Assembly (NCBI GenBank): GCA_000388065.2
Contig: KB932206.1
Source: Fonticula alba ATCC 38817
Lineage: Eukaryota; Protista; Nucleariida
DNA length: 64,000 nucleotides
Direction: 5' to 3' (one strand)
A model generated the notes under the pieces. It was given only the letters and a program-made list of their open reading frames with translations. It searched no databases and was not told the origin of the DNA. A program made the translations under genes and the position numbers. This document shows positions 48,609-59,839 of this stretch, piece after piece. Numbering within the stretch: position 1 is the first letter of the stretch; the number at the start of each line of letters is the position of its first letter.

Positions 48609-51497
48609 ATGGAACCGCCACGCTTTCGGGAATTTCACTACGAGCGATTGGCTGGCGGCGGCGCGCGGACCATCGGCGCCGGCGGCCTGGCCCGGATGAA
48701 TCGCCTGCCGTGCGGCTGCGGCCGGGGGTCTCGCCTGGAGGACATGCCCGAGGATGTCTTCCACTCTTTGGTCATCACAAGTGACTCCTCCGAGCGCATC
48801 CGGCTCGTGTCTTTCGGCGACTCCCGGGCCTTCGAGGGCCCGGGCGCGGCGGGCTACTCCCCGCCGCCGGACCCGGCCAACGAGTCGCTGTGCCGATCGC
48901 GCGGCCTGGGGGTCCTTTCCATTGGCGGTGCGCCTGCGCCCCATCCACCTGCCCTCGGCCTGGGCTTGCCTCATTCTGACATGCTTTCTGCCGGGCGCGG
49001 GGCTGGGGCTTGCACTGCCGCGGGGCAAACAACTGGACAAACAAAAAAAAGAACACCACGATGTCATCTCCGTACAGGGGCTGCTCCTTCCGCGGTGCTG
49101 CTTCCCGGGAGACTATGCCCTGCTGATCGCGGCCCTGTGTCCAGCCATCGAAGCGCTCCAGCCCGGGCCGCCGCCAGGAGCCCTTCCCGTGCCGGGTACC
49201 ACGTACGCCACCTCGGCCATGTCCGAGGAGGAGCCCCTCCTCCTGTCGGACGGCCCGCTGGGGACCCTGCCGGCCGAGCTGCCACCCGGATGCTATCTGA
49301 GTGCCTGGCTGCTGACCGGCATCGACATGCACCCTGCTTCGGAGGAAGCGGCAACCACCTCCGGGGATGTTGCCGTCATTGCCTGTCGGACGTGGGTCCT
49401 TGCCGGCCAGCCCGGCGCCTTGGCCCTGCTGGACGAGCACCTGCTGGTGTGCGTTCTCCCATGTCCCCCCCCCCCCCCCGCCCCCCTTGCCAGGCCCGTT
49501 GCTTCGCTTGAACTGACGCCCCCTTCGCGTGGTCCATCCTCGAATGGTGAATGGCCACAAAAAGGCGCCCGGCCCCGGAGGGCCAAGCACTGGAGATGGC
49601 TCTGCCACTGGCAGGGGTGCCCATGCCGCGCCCGGGGAACGCCCCCCTCCCGGCCGACCGCGGGTGGGATTGCGTGGACCACTTTTTCTCCAGCATCCTG
49701 CCACTTGGCTTGGGCGGCAGCCGCCAGCCCTTCGATCCGGCCCTCCCGGCGCCCCCTCAGCCGCCGCTGTCCATGCTCCACATCCCGGCCCTTCGCGGGG
49801 ACCCTTTGCTGGTGACCGGAGACCCGGAGCAGCGTGCGCTTCGCCTGCTGGCCACCCTGCTCCTGGCCCCCGGACCATCGGCGGTGGTCGAGTCCATCGC
49901 CAACTGGGCCTCCTGTGGCAATGCCATTCATCCCTTCGCGGTGGCCCGCCTGTGCCTGGATTCCGGGGGTGTTCTCTTCTGTGTAACCTCGGTCGAGGGC
50001 CATGTGCTCCTGGTCCAGGCCCTGCCGCCGGCGGCCGGGCTTGCCACCGGGCCACTCCCCTGGACCGATGATCTGGTCCACCTGGACGGGGCCGTCTCCC
50101 TGTGCCGCTTTGTCCAAGACACGCCGGTCGGCTATCACAACCACCTGCTCAGTCAGTCCCCCCTGTCTGAGCGCACCGCTCGCGGGCCGCCATCCGGCCC
50201 GCTGGCCGCTCACCTGGTGATCGGGTCCACGGTCGAGGGGCTGCTGGTGTATCGGTACGTTGCCCCAGTGGGGGGCAGGGGGGGCAGGGGGGGGGCTATG
50301 GGNNNNNNNNNNNNNNNNNNNNNNNNNNNNNNNNNNNNNNNNNNNNNNNNNNNNNNNNNNNNNNNNNNNNNNNNNNNNNNNNNNNNNNNNNNNNNNNNNN
50401 NNNNNNNNNNNNNNNNNNNNNNNNNNNNNNNNNNNNNNNNNNNNNNNNNNNNNNNNNNNNNNNNNNNNNNNNNNNNNNNNNNNNNNNGGGGGGGGGGGGG
50501 CCGCTGGGCAGCGGCCAGCACCCTGCCTGACTCGGCCTTCGAGCGACCGCTGACATTCATGGCCTCTTTGCCTGCTGTGCAACAACCACCCAGCGATGTG
50601 GAACGAGCGGGTCTCTCCTGCCCTGTGGTCCTGGATGACGGCCGCCTGGGCGATGGCCAGCGATCGCCCAGCGGGGCATTTTCCCTGGGCGGCGACTCGG
50701 GCAGCCTGCACGCCCGACAGCCTCCCATTGCCGCGTCCGTCCCTCTGTGTCACCTTTATCTGCCGGCCGTCGAGGTCGATGAGGGCGGGCTTCAGGGTCG
50801 GACCGCCAGTCCGCTGCTTTGCCTTGGCCTGCTGCGTGAATTCCCGGCCCCCGGCTCGGCGCCTCTCCTGGGGGTCCTCCTTGTTGGGACATACTGGTGC
50901 GTGCCTGGTTGGCGAGGTGGGGCGCCTTCTTCCCCACGTGCCGGCGGCTCGGCCTCTGACACTTGGGGCTTACACCGGGGCGGGGGCATTTTTCCAGCGG
51001 CCGGATCCTTGTCTTTCGGCATACCCTGTCGCAAGGGGACTCGGGTATGGCCTTTTCCCACTCGGTGGATCTCGGCTGGCCACTGTATGGCATCTCCACT
51101 CCGCTGCTTGTCCGGACACTCGGCCGTCCGGCCCGCCAGCTGCCTTCGCTGTATATTCTCTCACTCAATGGGGTGAGCTGCTTCAAGGTATGCCTCGCCT
51201 CTCCCCCCTCCCCCCGTGTGACACTGACAGTCGAGTGGCTTGGCTCACGGACTGCTGTCGCCCATGCCACATGGACCCCTGATCCCGGTGGCCCGCCACT
51301 GACCTCCCCCTCGCTTTGTGCCCTCTTCCCCCGGTCGTCCATTTCATCACGGCCAGCTGTCGGAGAAGAGCTCCCAGTCGAAGGAGGAGCGCTTCCGGCA
51401 AGCGCGATACGCCGGGGAACTCCTTCGCCGCATTCGAGCGCTACACCGCCAGCTGAAGTCAACTTCGGAACTGGTGGCCGAGCCACAGACACCCTGA
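48609..51497 (+). CDS. KPTN: Kaptin (KPTN)-like beta-propeller protein, candidate KICSTOR subunit; multi-exon, gap at 50303-50487
   Basis: Segments collinear with remembered human KPTN: FREFHYERL...GGLA, DVISVQGL, WVLAGQPGALAL, TSVEGHVLLVQ, HLDGAVS (QDGPIS), LVIGSTVEGLLVYR (VLVASMLEPAVVYR), LCHLYLPAVEVDEGG, VLLVGTY (VLVATY), LYILSLNGVSCF (AVVSLKGVHIL), and a C-terminal helix ending TGA at 51495-51497. Confidence 0.6.
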
Positions 51498-51609
51498 CGC
51501 ATGCTGGGTTGGCGGCTTGGCCGGAATACAATCGGAAACTTCCCGCGCCGGCTCGGGCCGCGAAGAGAGCGAGGAGAGAGGGCGAAGGCTGAAGAGAGGA
51601 ATGTTTATT

Positions 51610-53635
51610 TCAATGGCGGGGGCTGTCCTCCTCGGCGTCAGAGTCGGAATCGGGCCAGTCGCTGATCGGCTCCGGGATCAGCCAAATGGCCGGGCTGGCA
51701 TCGGCACTCGGGGTGAGCCCACCACCATCGGCCGGGAAAAGCGGCGCCGGGGGGGCTTCGAAGCCCAGGCGCTCAGTGGCAACCTTGGCCAAATGAACGC
51801 GCGCGGCGTGGAGGCGTCGCCACGCGAGAAGGACCGCTGGCTGTTGGGCCGACGTTTGGGCGTTGTGGAGGTAGTGCTGGCGGAAGGCCATGAGTAGGCG
51901 TGTGGGAGCCTCGAGCTCGGCCCCCTCGGGGCCGGTGTCCTGCCCGAGATTCGGATCCAGGAAAAGCATTGCCCGGGGAACCGGAACAAGTGAGTCCCCG
52001 GCGCCTGTGGCCGTTCCCCGGTGGAGCTCCATCACTTGCAGACGGAGCCAGCAGCGGAGGTGGCTGTCCACCGAGCGGAGAGCCCGTGACAAGGCCCGGT
52101 GTAGGAAGTTGTGCTGGGTCCCCCCCGATGTGCCAGGAGAGGGGGCCTCATTCAAGATCGGGTCCTCGAAAAGGTCGGCCGGCAATTCGGCCAGCTGCCC
52201 AGAAAGCAGGTCTGAAAGCAGGAGCCATTAAGTGAGGCAGAGTCAGCTGGCAAGGAGGGAAGCCGGCCCTAAGAGCAGGGCCCCGCATGGGGGCCAAATG
52301 GACAGCAAGACGTACAAAGGAAATCGGCATACTTGCCCGGGCTGGAGGCGATGAGACGCTCGCAGGCGGACCAGGCCCCGACGGCATCACGCCAATGGGC
52401 CAGGGCCCGGGAGCTGGGAGCCACCAGGAGCAAGATGAAGGCAAGCGCCTGCTGTGACAGGAGCAGGGCATGGTTGCCTGTGGCGGGCGTTACGCCCGGG
52501 CAGAATGGAGTGTCAGCGGCTGTCGGGAACGAGGCAGGGAAGAGGGAAGGGCAGATGCATCGAGCGGGAGAAGCAGCGAGATGACGCACCGCCACACAGT
52601 TCGTGAATGTGGCCCTCAACCTGGGGCGAGCGGTCCTGCAGGGCCAGGGTCCGGAGGAATGGCTGCTCGCTGGCCGACACGACCGACAGGATGTCCAGGC
52701 GGGGGAAAGCCGGGATGGCTGCACGCCGCGGGTCGGCCGACACGGGTGGAAGATCGTAGGGATGGCCATCGTCCGCCAGGATGGTGCTGCCCTCGGAGAG
52801 GCCGCAAAGGGCCAGTGCTGCATCAAGGGGGCTGCCGGTGGCCGGGCGGATTTGGGAAAAGATACTTTGCGGGAAGAGCCCCGTCCAGCGTTCCATCATG
52901 CTGGACACCGGGAAGGGTGCAAGTACGTCCGACTGTGTGTGGATGACTGAGGGCAGCAAACAGGGAGGGGAGGAGAAGGCCGGTCAGGAGTGCTGCCAAG
53001 TGCCGTCCTTGGAGGAGGCGAGGCGAGACGAGGCAAAGCAAGGCAGGGCGGGGCAGGGCAAGACATCCACATCAGGATCTACCAGGCGAACGCACTGTCC
53101 ATCCAGGGCGATGCCTCCGGGGCAGAGATGTGTGTTGAGGCGATCTGCTGAAGTAGCTCATCACCATCGGCCCAATGAAGAATACGGATCTGGGCAAAGG
53201 GCAGAACAGGGTGGGAGTGGGGGTTAGCAGGGACAGTGGCGAGCAACGTGCGCGCGGGGGGGGGGAGGGGAAACAAACTGTTGGCAAGTGCCAGCCCGTA
53301 CATCGCCAGGCTTCAGCTCCAGGAAGATGGCCGAACGCAGCCCGGGCGAGGCGGAGGACTGCTCGAGACTGGGGCGGACAGACCGTGCATCAGTACACAA
53401 AGTGGCGGGGGTAGGGTGGGTGTGACGCAGGAGACTTGAGGAGGACGCACCCGGCATAGACCACATGCACCCCTGGGGGGACCATACGCACACCACGGAA
53501 GCTGGTCTTCACCGACCAAGCGGCCAGGTCAATGCCGAAGGTACACTGCTCGGGCAGGCCGTCCGGCAGAAGGAGGAAGGCCCCACCGACGGTCAGTCCA
53601 GCCGCATGCTGCTGGGTAACCGGGTCGATGTCCAT
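51610..53635 (-). CDS. AAR2: U5 snRNP assembly factor AAR2, multi-exon
   Basis: MDIDPV...GGAFLLLPDGLPEQCTFGIDLAAWSVKTSFRGVRMVPPGVHVVY matches the Aar2 N-terminus (FGID..SW.....FRG.KMIPPG.HF). Downstream exons include RYFAGRAP, LGELQLAFILLLV and NFLHRAL. Confidence 0.88.
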
Positions 53636-54338
53636 CGGTTGAATTTGGCGCAGGAGGGGCGCAGGAGGCGAGAGGGCGGAGAAGACGTGAGGAGGATCTA
53701 CAGAGCCCCGACGAGGAGGGACAGGCGGCAGTTTGGCCAGGCGTGTGCGTGTGTGTGTGTGTGTGTGTCTGGGATATATACGTGTCTGGATATGTGTGCC
53801 TTGTGAAGGGTGGCCGTGGGGGGGGGGGGGGGGGGGGGGGGACGCGGATTCAAAGATCCCCGGACATCGCGAACTCCCAACGCTCGGCACTCGCCATGCC
53901 TCGGTGCCTACTTACAGCACGCCCGTCCAGTCAAGGGAGAGGGCCGAGTCGCAGGCTCCCCCATTCGAGCGAGGCCCCTAGTCCCCTCCGTCGCCTTGCA
54001 CGGAGGCCACGCCAGGCCCAGCCCAGGCCAGAGAGAGAGAGAGAGAGAGAGAGAGCGCGACGTTGATGGGGCCATCTCATGAGGATGTGCCGCCAACCAC
54101 GCCACAGGCACTGACCTCCTGCCTCTCTCGCCCTGGGACACACCTGCACCCCCACTCTCTACCTCCTGCCCCCCCCCCCCTCTCTTGCCTCGCCTCGCTT
54201 CTCCTCGTCCCTGGACCATTGCCCCAGTCTCTTGAGGCCCATTGGCGCCGCCTCTTTGTTTCGCTCTCCTTGTCGCCCTCCCTGAACATCTGAAGGTGCA
54301 TACTCTGCCCGTCGGGAGCTCTGCCTCTTGTGCCCAGC

Positions 54339-56288
54339 ATGCATAACGCCCAGTTTTTCAAGGTGCGCCCCAATTCCGCCGCGGGCTTCACCCCCCTCCC
54401 CACTGCCGGGCCTCCCCACCGCGCGTGGGGCCTGTCTCCGGGCTGCGTGTCTGAAAGCTCCAAACTAGCGGCCCGCCTGCGTTGTCCCCCCCCCCCCCTC
54501 GCACCTGGGCTCTCTCACTCACCCGAACAAACACCCGCATGCACCCTCGCGCCCGTGCGCACAACCTCCTCCTTTCACATTATAGGGGACCTCCATCAGT
54601 CAGGATCCCCGCTTCAGTGGCAGCAGCGAGAAGAAGCTTCTGAAGCAGCTTAAGTTTGACAAGATCCTGGACAACAAGGTGCGTTTGCTGTCTCCCCGCC
54701 ATTCCTTGAAAGTGGGATTGCCTCTGCCCTGCCTCCTTGAGGCATGCGGGCTGTGTGTGTGTGTGTATGCATACACTCGGCTATCAGGGACATCTTTCCC
54801 TTCTAACAAGACCGTGGACATGCGTACCCTCCCTGCCCACACAGCTGGACATCTCTTCCATCAACATCCGAGCCTACCAGAAGCCAATCATTGCTCTGGT
54901 AGACAAGGCTCTTGATGACCTGAACGACGAGGTAACCTGCAATTATGTGATCGAGTACCTGGCCAACCATGACGTACGTCGACCATCCCCTTCCCCCCCC
55001 CCCCCCCCCCCCCCACCCCAATCCCGGCTGGGGTGTGGGGCACTTGAAGCCANNNNNNNNNNNNNNNNNNNNNNNNNNNNNNNNNNNNNNNNNNNNNNNN
55101 NNNNNNNNCCCACCCACCCACCCTCACATACAGGGCCCAGTGGATGGGAAACTCATGCAGATCTCGATGATGCCCTTCTTCGACTCCAACACCTCGACCT
55201 TTATGCGGTCGCTGTGGGAGCTGCTCACCGAAGCGATTGATCGGTCCAAACGGGGTCTCCCACACCCGCAAGCCGGGCGACCGGCTGTCCAGGCTACTGG
55301 CGAGCAGATCCACCGGGCGCAACACCTACGTGATCGGGTTTTCGATGAAGAGCGCCACTCGCGCGGCGGCCATGTGCGTACCTTGCAGCAAGAGGCGTCC
55401 TGGGGAAGAGGGCTCCTGCTTTCCTCTTCTCCCCTCCCCACCACCATTACCTTCCCGTCTCGGTGGCTTCCTTCCACATGCAATCCTGGTCCCCCTTTTT
55501 CTGACTCGACAGCAATTTCCTCACGACGCACCGATCCCTGATGGGTCGGGAAAATACAGACCCAGCATGGCGGTCGGCCGGACTTCCGCGGCGAGCGGCC
55601 ATCCTATGGGGGGGATCGTGGTCACGGCCGGCGCGACCATCGTCGCGGTGGCCGCCAACCGGACCGCTACGATCGCAATGATCGCAATGATCGCTACGAC
55701 CGCTACGACCGCTACGACCGTTATGATCGCCACGATCGCTCTGATCGCTACGATCGCTCTGATCGCTACGATCGCTCTGATCGCTACGATCGCCACTACC
55801 GGGGCGTCGGGCGCTATGGCGCTGGTGGCCACCGTGACCGGTCGCCCTATCGCGACGAGTACGACCGCCGTGGTCGTCAGGAAGAGCATGATCGGTACCG
55901 CCGGCAGGATAGCCGCAGCCGCAGCCGCAGCCGCAGCCGCAGTCGAGACCGCGGGAGCTACGACCACGAGCGCGGCTCTCGATCCCATCGGCGCAGTCGC
56001 AGTCGCAGTCGCACCCGTAGTCGCAGCCGCAGCCCGAGCTACGGCCGGCACCACAATCGCCCGGTTGGTCGAAGCCGCAGTCGCAGTCGCAGTCGCAGCC
56101 CTGGCAGCCCGCAGCGCGGCCGCGAGGAGGGGGTTGGCTTTTCGCGAAACCATCGTCACCACAGTCGGTCCCGGTCCCGGTCCCGGTCTCGGTCTCGGTC
56201 CCAGGTGGGTGGTATGATCAGCCGGAGTCCTAGCCGTGAGCGCGATGTTGGTGACGACACCAGACGTCGCAGTCCCTCGCCCCAGTGA
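54339..56288 (+). CDS. SRRM1: SRRM1/SRm160-like PWI-domain RS splicing factor, multi-exon
   Basis: MHNAQFFK|GTSISQDPRFSGSSEKKLLKQLKFDKILDNK|LDISSIN...DEVTCNYVIEYL|...DGKLMQISMMPFF...FMRSLWELL is a PWI domain. It is followed by (DRY/DRS/DRN)n and (RS)n repeats ending RRRSPSPQ*. Confidence 0.85.
55655..56205 (+). repeat. Coding tandem repeats (GAT/GAC-CGC-NNN nonamers; AGCCGC/AGTCGC/TCCCGG hexamers) encoding the RD/RS domain
   Basis: Directly visible, e.g. gatcgctctgatcgctac x3, (gcagcc)n, (gcagtc)n and (ccggtc)n. Confidence 0.85.
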
Positions 56289-58084
56289 ATGCCACATTTT
56301 GCGCTCCCCGATGGCCATCGTCTCGGACTCTCCAGATCCGGAAGGGGGGGAGAAGCACATAATACCTTGCTGGCCGGCTTCTGCTTGCTTTTCTTTTCTG
56401 CTGGCTAAATGTCACGGAATTACATGAGGCAGTCGAAAGTAGACTGTCCCCTGATATGTCACAGAGGGAACTCGTCTGCTTCGTGGTGAAATTTACTATG
56501 GTGTCTTTTTTCTTTCTCCTTCTCGCGCTCTCGCACTCCTGCCTCCCGGCTACTCCCATGGCACGTGTGGGACACTGGACATGGGCCTGGTGCTGGCTGA
56601 TGTTAGGGGCGTCAAACTTCCAGAGACAGGGACAGAGAGAGGGGGGGGGCGGGGATGGGGACGGGTGGGAAGAAGCAAAGGCGAGCGCGCCTGCTTTGCG
56701 GCTCGGAGATGCCCCGCTGAATGGCTTGTCGAGGTGTGCACCCGAACTGGGGACGAGGATTGATTCGACCGAGAGGGCAGTTTGAAGCCCGGGGGTCTCT
56801 GTGCCCGAAAAGCAGCGCATTCGTCCTTCGGGCTGGGCAACCCCAGGCACCAGATGTGAAAGGGTTGAATGTCTGGGCGGGGGGGGCGGGGGCGGAGGGA
56901 CTGCTTGTGGGTCTTGTACCTGGGCTCGGGTTGCCCTGAAGCGAATCTCGTGTTAAAAAAAGTCCCGGAAGCAGGGGTGCAAGGAAAAGACCGAGCAGAG
57001 GCGGCCGGAGAAGGGATCGAAAAGACAAGGATGGCGAGATAGTGAGCAAAAGGCCCATGCCCACGATCGGTTGGCGTATGAGAGCAGAGAAAAATAGCCC
57101 CGGGGGAGGGGCCCCAGGAGGGATCACGCCCGGCCGTGGCGGGGGGGATCTACCACTTGTTGACAACGGCAACCTGCGAATGTGAGTGCCTGAAATGGAC
57201 ATATAACAAGCGCACCCTCACTGCCCGGGCCTGGTCGCAAGCAAGTCGGCATTCCTCGAACCGACCAACTGCTGTGTCCTGGAGAGGAGGGCCCCAAGGA
57301 AGCCATGCACGGTGCCGCACCAGAGGGGGGCCGGGGGCGACAACAACCAAAGTAGCAAGCCCAAAAAGAACATACAGAACAACACAACAACCCCCGAGTC
57401 AATATTCATACACACACGCACCCACCCACATACGCCCACACCCACACAGATGCTCACCCGGGCCCTGCTTGGGAGGCACAAACAAGAAAAGACAGGGCTG
57501 CCATCGCCCCTCGGCTGAGGGAACGCAAGCCCACCCACCCACCCACCCGCCCCCCCCCCTCGGGCCAGGGAAAAGTGATTATCGGGAGGGCGCAACAGGC
57601 GGCTGAGCGAACCCCAATGTTGTGCACAAGCAGATTGAGGGGCGGATCACACGAGGAAAAAAAAAAAAAGATGAGATAGAACGGTGTAGTGACAGAAATG
57701 GTGGCGGCAGGGAACAACAAGGATCGAGAAGGATATGGCATGCCGGGTGGGGAGAGAGGGGGGGGAGATGGGAGAACTGGTAGGAGGAGGGGGGAGGAGG
57801 GAGAGGGGGGGGGGACTGAGACAAGGGCTATGGCTGGGGGAGGAAGAGAGGTGGAACTGAGGAGGGAGGGGAGACTTCGCCACAGGACCAGGCGCATGTG
57901 CGCGCGCAAAAGGAGCGAAGAGGTGGAGAAGAGGAGAAAAGAGAAAGAACATTGCGGAGAGGGGGGGGGGGAGCGGGGGAATGGTCAGCGCAAACGCCGC
58001 CACCGCAGATCCCTCCTCGCGCGTGTGTACGATCATCCTCCAACTTCCTTCCTCGTGCTCGGTCGCCCCTTTCTGCGAGGGAGG

Positions 58085-58122
<38 letters not shown>

Positions 58123-58790
58123 CCTTGACACAGTGTCCTCCGTGTCATGCGCGCACAGCGCCAGTTCACCAGCTCGCCAGTAACACATATACACACACAA
58201 ACACACGCAAACACAAGCACGCAAAAGGAGAGGATGCTCCTGACAGAGGCCATCACTCTCGCCCAACGAGACACACGCCCGCGGCCTCTCGCGCCCGCTC
58301 ACGGTGAAGGGGGGCCAGGTGGGGGAGCAGCATGTGGACGAGGAACGAGACACAGTACTTCCCCCGTCCCCGGCAGAGGAGGGACGCGAGGGCAGGAAAG
58401 AGACACAAGCATACCCATACACAGACACACGCAGTCACACAGACACACACACACACCCCCAACAACACCAGCCATCAGTGTGCGGGGCATATGCACAACC
58501 AGGGGGGGGAAGAAGAAGGTCGAAAGATCACATCAACGCCTGTTTGTGCGAGCAAGGAAGGGAGGTAGAAGAGCAAGGGAGGGGGGGGGGGGAATGCGCC
58601 CCAAAGCAGGGAAAGGGGATCGCATGGGTATGGTGTGTGTGTGCATGCGTGCGTGCGTCCGTGCGTGTGTGTCTGTGCGTATGTGTGTGTGTGTGTGATG
58701 TAGAGGGAGGGGGAGAACGAGGCCTGGGAGGGGGGGGGGGGAAGGGGAAGAGAGAAGGGGTGCACATAGACACACAGTGGGTCCGCTTAT

Positions 58791-59019
58791 TTAGAAGAGG
58801 AGGCAGCTCTTGGACTTCTTGCCAGTGGGCTGGGGGGACTGCTTGTTGATCTGGCGGACGAGGTCGATGAACACCTCGTCGACGTTGATCTTCATGCGGG
58901 CAGAGGTCTCGAAGAAACGGACGGAGCCCCACTCCTTGGCGAGGCCCTCACCCTCGTGCTTCTCGACCATGCGGTCGTCCTGGAGATCGCACTTGTTACC
59001 GCACAGGACCATGGGGACC

Positions 59020-59050
<31 letters not shown>

Positions 59051-59839
59051 AGCGGGAGGAGGGAGGGGAGGGCAAGGGGATCAACAAGGCCGCGGGAGGG
59101 GGGGGGAGGGAACATAAGAAGGTCAGCGGGCGGGTGGTGCCGGTAGAGGAAGGAGGTTCTCTCTGGGGAGGGGGGAGGGGAGAAAGAAAAGAAAAAGAAC
59201 CGGAGGCCGGGCGGGCGGACGAACCTTGTCGGTATCCTTGACACGGAGGATCTGGGCGCGGAGCTCAACCAGGTCGTTGAAGGTGGACTTGGAGGTGATG
59301 GAGTAAACGAGGATGAAGCCCTGGCCGTTCTTCATGTAGAGGTCGCGCATGGCAGTGAACTGCTCAGTACCGGCGGTATCCAGGACCTCGAGCATGCACT
59401 GCTGGTTGTCGATCTCGACCTGCTTGCGGTAGGAGTCCTCGATGGTCGGGTCGTACTTCTCAACGAAGATGGACTGGACGAACTGGACGGTCTGCGAGGC
59501 GCGAAGGATATGGGGTCAAGCAACAGGAAGGGAAGGAAGGTGAGAAGGGGGCGGGACGAGGAGGACAGCGCGAGGAGGGCGAAGGGGAGAGGGGAGGGTG
59601 GCCGTGAAAAGCAAGGCAACACGGGGGAAATATGTGGCCAGATGCAGAAGAGAGTAGCAATAGGGGGAGGAGTGACATGAAGAAAGGAGGAAAAAGGAAA
59701 AGGCCAAGCCCGAGCGGTGCATGGTCGCCGGTGCGATGCGATGATGTGGCATGGGAGGGAGGGGGGGCGGGAGAAGACGTACGAGGGCGGACTTGCCAAC
59801 ACCACCAGAGCCAAGAACGACAAGCTTGTACTCACGCAT
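58791..59839 (-). CDS. RAP1: Ras-related GTPase Rap1, 184 aa; exons about 59783-59839, 59224-59490, 58791-59018
   Basis: [19 protein letters not shown]|[28 protein letters not shown]...[23 protein letters not shown] (Rap-specific T61)...GNKCDL...ETSA...CLLF CaaX box. Confidence 0.97.

Noticed and set aside
55237-56360. Alternative-frame and antisense ORFs (IAT/IAL repeats; 326 aa + and 279 aa -) and an apparent repeat array
   Set aside because: These are off-frame readings of the RD/RS coding repeats of the SRRM1-like gene. There are no spacers, so it is not CRISPR-like.
56612-57202. 196-aa hydrophobic-looking ORF on the - strand between the SRRM1-like gene and RAP1
   Set aside because: No family motif and no convincing splice structure. 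It lies in pyrimidine-rich probable 3'UTR sequence.
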